From: Pelagomonas calceolata | Taxonomy: Eukaryota | Reading direction: 5' to 3' | Length of the DNA: 64,000 nt | Assembly (NCBI GenBank): GCA_918797485.1 | Contig: CAKKNE010000006.1 | Span: 2,232,001-2,296,000, forward strand | In this document: positions 58,381-64,000 of the stretch, piece after piece | Position numbering within the stretch: position 1 is the stretch's first letter | Layout: each line of letters opens with the position of its first letter | The notes under the pieces: model-generated | What the model was told of the DNA's origin: nothing | What the model saw: the letters and a program-made list of their open reading frames with translations, nothing else | Databases searched by the model: none | Program-made: the position numbers and the translations under genes

Positions 58381-60654
58381 ATGTGGCTCCTCACGCAAAC
58401 AAACCCACCCCAAGACGGCTCGAAGCCGACCATCTTCCGCCTGCCGCGCGGCAGGTCCAACGTCGGCCGCAAGGACCAGCCGGTTTTGATCGCAGAAAAA
58501 TCTGTATCTAGAAACCACGGCTACGTCACTTCTGATGGCAAAACGCTCAAAGTGGGCGACGGCGGCTCGAAGTTCGGGACCCACGTCGATGGGAAAAAAG
58601 TTTCCAGTGAATCGGAAGTGCAGGAAGGCCAGGTCATAAGGTTTGGCGGGCGAGAAGACGGCTCCGCGGACTTCCGCGCGTCCAAAGAAAGTGTCCTGAT
58701 CGCCCTGACGGCGTGCGGCGAGAAGCATGCTGCCTTCAAAACGCAAGCGCTCACGTGCGGCCTCGATGTCATCGGCGAGCACGACGCGTGGCCCCAGGTG
58801 CCCATCGCTTGTGTTTCTACTGCCGATCCTTCCAAGAAGAAACCTTTCTCTGTTGCCTGTTTAAGAGCTGCTGCGTTGGGTGTGAAACTAGTGCAACCTT
58901 CCTACCTCGAGGCGTGGCAGTCTCGCAATCCCTTATCTGAAGCGCCGCCGGCCGTCGAGGACCACCTGCTGCCTTCCTCACAACTATTACAAAGGATCGG
59001 CGAGTCGTGTGCTTCTGCTCTGGAAAATCTACGATTAGTTTTCGTCGGCGACGCGCTAGGCGACCTGCAGCACACGCTCCAAAGTCTCGGTTTTAAGGAC
59101 CAGTGCCCGTCCGTCACGAGAGCCCAGGCGTCCGCTACGACGCTGCCGGCGTGCCTACGAGGCTTCACTGGGAAAGTCGCCGTCGTCTCGGCGGACCCGT
59201 GCTTTGGGCCGCTCGCGCAGCCGCCGCGCTTCTTCGAGGCCGAAAAGTTGGTGGCGGCTTTAGTTGATGGTGCACCTTTAGCTTCGGTCGACGCGGCGTC
59301 GCTGGTGCCTACGCCGGCGCCTCCTGCGCCGGCACCGAAGCGGTCGAAGCGCCGCACCGACGAGACCGACGACGGCGCGGAGCCGGAGCCGGCGCCGGCG
59401 CCGGCGCCGCGGCGGTCGCCTAAAAGAAAAGCGAGGGAGGCGCCTTCACCAGCACCGAAGCGGTCCAAGACCGACGAAGATTTTGATGAGGCCGCCGCCA
59501 CGCGCGCGGCGAAGAAGCTGAAGGTCGCGGAGTTGCGGGCGGCGCTCGAGGCCCTGGGCGAGGCGACGGACGGCACGAAACCTATCTTAGTCGAGCGGCT
59601 CGTCGACGCGCGGCGCCGCGCGGCGGCAACCCCCGCGGAGCCCTCGCCGGAGCCCCCGCCGCCCCCGTCGCCGGAGCCGTCGCCGGCGCCGCCGCCGGAG
59701 CCCTCGCCGGAGCCGTCGCCCGCGCCGAAGCGCCCGCGTCGCTCGCCGAAGCGCAAGGCCCGCGAGGAGCCGTCGCCGCCGCCGAAGCGCCAGCGCGCCG
59801 CAGAAGAGGAGGCGCCGCCGCCGCCGCCGCCGGAAGAAGATGATGAAGACGAGTTCGACCTCGCGGCGGCCATGGACGCGCCGCGCGCCGCGCCGGCGCC
59901 GGCGCCTCAGGCCGCGTCGCCGTCGCCGCCACCTAGAAGGAAGCGTCGAGCTGCCGAGGAAGAAGAAGAGTCGCCGGCGCCTGTACCAAAGCGCAAGAAG
60001 AAGCGGCGCGAGGAAGAACCCGTGGTCCAAAGGCGGGGCCCCACGCATGTGCCGCCGCCTTCACAAAGAAAGCCCGCCGACACGACGGGCGGCGGCTGGC
60101 TGAGTACGTCAGAACACGCCGTCGCGAATGATGAGGGAGGCGACGTCGACCCGGAAGCGGCGCTCGCGGCGCAGTTAGCTGACCAGGAGCCCGAGGTCGT
60201 CGAGGAGGCCCCGAAGCCGAAGGCGAAGCGGGGCGGCCGTGCGACGAAGCCGTCGAAGGCCGAGGAAGCGAGGCAATTGGACGCCTTCGCCGAGAGCGGC
60301 GCGCGCGATAAAGAATTAGACAAGGCCTACGCGAACTGCGTGGCTCCTCGGGCGCCGACGGTCGTGCGCGATCTCGTCGTGCCGCGGAAGGAAAGGCCGG
60401 CCACAGCTTCCAAGAAGAAGAAGGGCCCCAACTTCAAGAGGTTCCGCAAGAACGCCGTCCGCGTCGCGCCCGCGTCGGACATCGTGACGGGCGATTACCT
60501 GGACAAGCTTGCTGCTGCGGAAAGCGAGACCGAGCTGCAACTACGACGGGACGCGGCTGCTCTCGCGCAGGAGAAGGCTCGGGCGGAGGAGGACTGGGAC
60601 GACGACGCGGCGCCCAAACCTAAAAGGAAGCCTGCGGCGCGGAAGCGGCGCTGA
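58381..60654 (+). CDS. NBS1: Nibrin/NBS1-like (FHA, BRCT-like, SAP, Mre11-binding motif)
   Basis: MWLL start; FHA VGRKD..SVSRNHG..SKFGTHVDG; SAP LKVAELRAALEALGEATDGTKPILVERL; NFKRFRKN. Confidence 0.8.
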   Translation: MWLLTQTNPPQDGSKPTIFRLPRGRSNVGRKDQPVLIAEKSVSRNHGYVTSDGKTLKVGDGGSKFGTHVDGKKVSSESEVQEGQVIRFGGREDGSADFRASKESVLIALTACGEKHAAFKTQALTCGLDVIGEHDAWPQVPIACVSTADPSKKKPFSVACLRAAALGVKLVQPSYLEAWQSRNPLSEAPPAVEDHLLPSSQLLQRIGESCASALENLRLVFVGDALGDLQHTLQSLGFKDQCPSVTRAQASATTLPACLRGFTGKVAVVSADPCFGPLAQPPRFFEAEKLVAALVDGAPLASVDAASLVPTPAPPAPAPKRSKRRTDETDDGAEPEPAPAPAPRRSPKRKAREAPSPAPKRSKTDEDFDEAAATRAAKKLKVAELRAALEALGEATDGTKPILVERLVDARRRAAATPAEPSPEPPPPPSPEPSPAPPPEPSPEPSPAPKRPRRSPKRKAREEPSPPPKRQRAAEEEAPPPPPPEEDDEDEFDLAAAMDAPRAAPAPAPQAASPSPPPRRKRRAAEEEEESPAPVPKRKKKRREEEPVVQRRGPTHVPPPSQRKPADTTGGGWLSTSEHAVANDEGGDVDPEAALAAQLADQEPEVVEEAPKPKAKRGGRATKPSKAEEARQLDAFAESGARDKELDKAYANCVAPRAPTVVRDLVVPRKERPATASKKKKGPNFKRFRKNAVRVAPASDIVTGDYLDKLAAAESETELQLRRDAAALAQEKARAEEDWDDDAAPKPKRKPAARKRR

Positions 60655-61962
60655 TGGGCTCCTAGGCCGTGTATAAGGTGTGATATACTTATCTAATCGT
60701 ACTGTGTAGGGCGGCTTCCATGGATCGGACCAGAGAGTTTGGTCAGTACCTGGAACCGGCTTCCATGTATGCTTCGAAACTGCGTCTCCGCCGCGAAGAA
60801 GGAGGATTTCACGGGCCTCATCCGCATCCTCATCACTCTCACAGTGTAACCAAGTATAAAAGTCGGAGAACACACGCAGGCGCGGGCACCCCCGCACCAA
60901 CCGCAGCACGTGCTCTCCGCCCAGATCGAGGCCACGGTCCGTTTTAGAGATTTCTATCTCCTCGAGCGACGCCGCGCTGGAGCTACCAAGGATACCGTCA
61001 ACGATTCCAGGGTCGTCACCAATTTGATCGCAATCTAGGGCTACAAGGCACCTCAGACTCAAAGACGAGCATGCTGCTGCGATGTGGCTATCTTCTGTGG
61101 TCTCGGACGCACAGAATTCGAGATAAGCGAGCTCGGGGCGCGCATGCGCGAGCGCTTCATAGAACGCGACGCCTCCAAGCTCATTCTTGGGAAGAACTAA
61201 CACCCGTAGCTGGGGAAACCCTCGCGCACAGGCCAAAAGATCATCGGCATCAACTTGACCATCACGAAATGACAGGGCCCGGAGCCGGGTCCCGAACGGC
61301 GTGCCAATGAACAGGTCAACGACGGGGCGCGCAATTTGGCACTGATTACAATACAATTCGACGGCACTTGCGCACACGCGCAATGTCTCCGATATGGCAG
61401 CTAAGTCGGTGGGAACATAATCATCAGTCAGCTCACCACTTCTATCCGGACTTAGGTGCACCTGGCGCAGTTTGGGGAAGCACCTTGCCCAGGTCTCGGC
61501 GGGGCTGACCTCATCCCAACCAGAAAATTTGACATCCTCCAACAGCGGACACGCGCTACCAATGGCAGCGGCTCTCTCCATAGTGATGCAGACGTGTGAC
61601 GAAGCGTCGAGGGACACTAGGTTAGGCGCCGTCCTGCACCACTCGACGAGAAAATTGTCTCTTGGAAGGCTCTGGCCATTCAGGACGGCATAATTAGGTG
61701 TGGTAGACCATTCAAGATGACGGCACGCGTGGCCAAACGCACGCGCCACGAGCATCCGCGACTCCATCGATCGAGTAGATCTCAACTGCACACGAGAGCA
61801 CCCAACGTGTGACCCCGCGGCATACCGAATCGCATCGCGGCAATGCGTCGACTGGCAGCGGAGGCCCAGGAGCTCGTGACCGTGCAAGTAGCTGGTGATA
61901 TGGCAGAGCGCGTCCCGCGGCAGGGTGTCTAGAGCTATGACCTGCTCAGGCGGCTGAGCCAT
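60541..61962 (-). CDS. F-box/LRR (RNI-like) protein
   Basis: LDTLPRDALCHITSYL; repeated CPLLE/FPKLR/CPRLR LRRs; 3' end overlaps NBS1. Confidence 0.7.
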   Translation of the reverse strand: MAQPPEQVIALDTLPRDALCHITSYLHGHELLGLRCQSTHCRDAIRYAAGSHVGCSRVQLRSTRSMESRMLVARAFGHACRHLEWSTTPNYAVLNGQSLPRDNFLVEWCRTAPNLVSLDASSHVCITMERAAAIGSACPLLEDVKFSGWDEVSPAETWARCFPKLRQVHLSPDRSGELTDDYVPTDLAAISETLRVCASAVELYCNQCQIARPVVDLFIGTPFGTRLRALSFRDGQVDADDLLACARGFPQLRVLVLPKNELGGVAFYEALAHARPELAYLEFCASETTEDSHIAAACSSLSLRCLVALDCDQIGDDPGIVDGILGSSSAASLEEIEISKTDRGLDLGGEHVLRLVRGCPRLRVFSDFYTWLHCESDEDADEAREILLLRGGDAVSKHTWKPVPGTDQTLWSDPWKPPYTVRLDKYITPYTRPRSPSAPLPRRRLPFRFGRRVVVPVLLRPSLLLRESSRVPS

Positions 61963-62108
61963 TTTTTTTTAGCCGCAGTTCTCGTCGCAGCGCTATCCTT
62001 CGCAAGTACTGCTCCGCTGCGGTTCGCGGCGCCCCCTGTGAGCTCCGCTGTGGACAATTTGGCCCAGCAATTATGGTCGACTCCAAGACTCCAAAGTCGA
62101 CCCGAATT

Positions 62109-62132
62109 GCTAGTGCCTTACATACCGCTAAC
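62109..62132. promoter_or_regulatory. CTAG-pair upstream element
   Basis: GCTAGTGCCTTACATACCGCTAAC between divergent genes. Confidence 0.55.
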
Positions 62133-62185
62133 TCATTTTTTCGAGCAGTTTCGAGCCCGCAGGGCCATTGGCAGCATAGAGAGCA

Positions 62186-63730
62186 ATGAGAGCGCTACTT
62201 ACATTCGCATTGCTGGCCTGCAGCGCGCGGGCCGGCTGGTTCAGCCGCGGTGGCACTGAAAAGCCAGATACCAAAAAAGCAGCCCCAGCAACACCAGCCG
62301 CGCCCGACGCCGCCGAGAAAAAGACAAAGGCGCCGCCGCCGCCGCCCGTCGAAGAGCTGGCCGCCGCCGAAAGGGACCACACCTGCGCCGCCGGCCTCGT
62401 GTTCGATGTCTACGCGAACGGCGCGTCTGAAAATCCGGTCAGAGTAGAAATGTCCGGCGGCCAGTGCGAGACGGTAGCGGCCTTCGAAGCTGCCGTGTCG
62501 AGAGCGGTTTGTGAAGATACGGCGGCCTGTCATGTGCGAGACGGCGCCGGGAGAAGAGTACGGCGCTGCTCCGAACTCTCGAGAAACAGCGCCGAGGCGG
62601 GCGTCCAGCCTGGATTAATCCCGCGGGCCTACGGTGTCAGGAGAGACATGCGCTGGGTCTTTCCGACGGAGGAGGTTGGTTATAAACGATACTTACCCCA
62701 CCTGCAGATCACGTTAACGACGCTCGCGGAGGAGCCTCGACTTTTCGCCCTCGACAACTTCCTGACCGAAGAGGACGCGTCGCAGCTCATCGAAGACGCC
62801 CTAGCTATTTCTGATGATGAGCACAAGCTGACACGGAGTAGTGTGGGCGCCAAGGGCTACACGGTGTCCTCCACGAGAACGTCGGAGAATGCTTGGGTCA
62901 AAGATACAAAAACGGCCATGCGCATGAAACGTCGAGCGTTTGAATTACTGGGCTTCGACCATTACGACGAGCGCATGGCCGACGGGCTGCAAGTTCTCAG
63001 ATATAACAACACGAATGGCTATGCGGCGCACAAGGACTACTTAGATAGGCCGCGAGGTTTGTCGAGGGAAGCGATGGAGCCGTCCCTGGGTGGTGCTAAT
63101 AGACTCGCGACGGTGTTCTTGTACTTATCCGACGTGCAACACGGCGGCCAGACGGTCTTTCCTCACGCGCCGCGGCCTTCGATTGCATCATCATTACCAG
63201 CTTTGGAGTCCAGACCGTTAGATGACGAGGTCATTGGACTGAGAGACGCTATAGTATCAAAAGATGAATACACGTGGGAGCCCCGTTTGATCGATGAGTG
63301 CTATACCAAATTAGCAGCAGCCCCGAAGAAAGGTCGCGCGATCCTCTTCTACAGCCAACATCCGGATGGTACGTTGGACAACATGGCGACGCACGGCGGC
63401 TGCCCCGTCCTCGAGGGCACGAAGTGGGCGTCGAATCTGTGGATCTGGAACAAGGCGATGCCCTTTGGTTCTTCTCGGTTCCAGTCAAAGGACGACGATT
63501 CAGGAGATAGCTCAGGCGTCGACGTCGAGGTCTCTACTACTGGTGTCAGTGCCGAAGTGTTCTGGGTTGGTGGCGGCGGCGAGGAGGCGCCCATGGGGAC
63601 GGTCTCACAGGGAGACAACCTGCGGCTGAACTCGTTCGTGGGACACTCGTTCGTGGCGCGGCGGAATGGCGCGGAAGTTTCTAGGTATACGGTCGCGCGG
63701 GGGGCGCAGGCGTGGGCCGTGCCTCCGTAA
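62186..63730 (+). CDS. Prolyl 4-hydroxylase alpha-like 2OG-Fe(II) oxygenase
   Basis: RTSENAW, LQVLRY, HKDY, NRLATVFLYLSDVQHGGQTVFP, HGGCPVLEGTKW; signal peptide. Confidence 0.92.
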   Translation: MRALLTFALLACSARAGWFSRGGTEKPDTKKAAPATPAAPDAAEKKTKAPPPPPVEELAAAERDHTCAAGLVFDVYANGASENPVRVEMSGGQCETVAAFEAAVSRAVCEDTAACHVRDGAGRRVRRCSELSRNSAEAGVQPGLIPRAYGVRRDMRWVFPTEEVGYKRYLPHLQITLTTLAEEPRLFALDNFLTEEDASQLIEDALAISDDEHKLTRSSVGAKGYTVSSTRTSENAWVKDTKTAMRMKRRAFELLGFDHYDERMADGLQVLRYNNTNGYAAHKDYLDRPRGLSREAMEPSLGGANRLATVFLYLSDVQHGGQTVFPHAPRPSIASSLPALESRPLDDEVIGLRDAIVSKDEYTWEPRLIDECYTKLAAAPKKGRAILFYSQHPDGTLDNMATHGGCPVLEGTKWASNLWIWNKAMPFGSSRFQSKDDDSGDSSGVDVEVSTTGVSAEVFWVGGGGEEAPMGTVSQGDNLRLNSFVGHSFVARRNGAEVSRYTVARGAQAWAVPP

Positions 63731-63835
63731 GTTTATCGTGTGGTTAGCTTGCCTTTGGGGCCGCGTCGGCGGCTTCTTGCGGACGGCTATTCACGCAGTT
63801 TTAAGGCTCAGGCTCAGTTCGTCGCGTATTTAAAT

Positions 63836-63858
63836 ACTAGTGTGTTACTGGTCGCTAG
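63836..63858. promoter_or_regulatory. CTAG-pair upstream element (for a gene presumably beyond the window)
   Basis: ACTAGTGTGTTACTGGTCGCTAG. Confidence 0.45.
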
Positions 63859-64000
63859 ATAACTCCGGCTCGAGGAGGTCAAAAGGCACAATCTCCCGCT
63901 CGCAGCTCTATCGCCTTTGCGTCAACTGAACACGTGCGCTGCTTCAGCGGCGCCTGAGAATTAGCCCTCGCCGCGCGGCCTTTGCGCGGATAATTGCGAC

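Overview
Gene-dense, very GC-rich, intron-poor eukaryotic DNA. It contains plastid-targeted genes with signal-peptide leaders (lysA, hemB, psb28, FKBP), the microtubule-severing gene KATNB1 and the ciliary gene LRRC56. This points to a photosynthetic stramenopile, most likely a pelagophyte such as Pelagomonas (inference). About 49 protein-coding genes are present. The most striking features are non-coding. (1) Three tRNA-Trp(CCA) genes each sit in sense orientation inside a 147-154 nt GT-AG intron. These introns share conserved, self-complementary ends (GTACCGCGGC...GCCGACGGTACACCCACAG) and the tRNAs lack an oligo-T terminator, suggesting a tRNA-carrying introner-like element and/or intron-processed tRNAs. 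(2) A ~24-bp CTAG-N13-18-CTAG element (consensus GCTAGCGGCNTGTAAGACACTAGC) occurs about 22 times, almost always once per upstream or divergent-promoter region. (3) There is a TIR-bounded introner-like intron in an acyl-CoA thioesterase gene. (4) There is a diverged dispersed repeat with ~290-bp subunits. Unusual proteins include a possible MYRF-like membrane-tethered autoproteolytic factor, an RRM-RsmH fusion, a Ubc6-TPR fusion, NBS1 with a SAP domain and a two-pore K+ channel with a non-canonical filter. All calls are by eye; no database searches were run.
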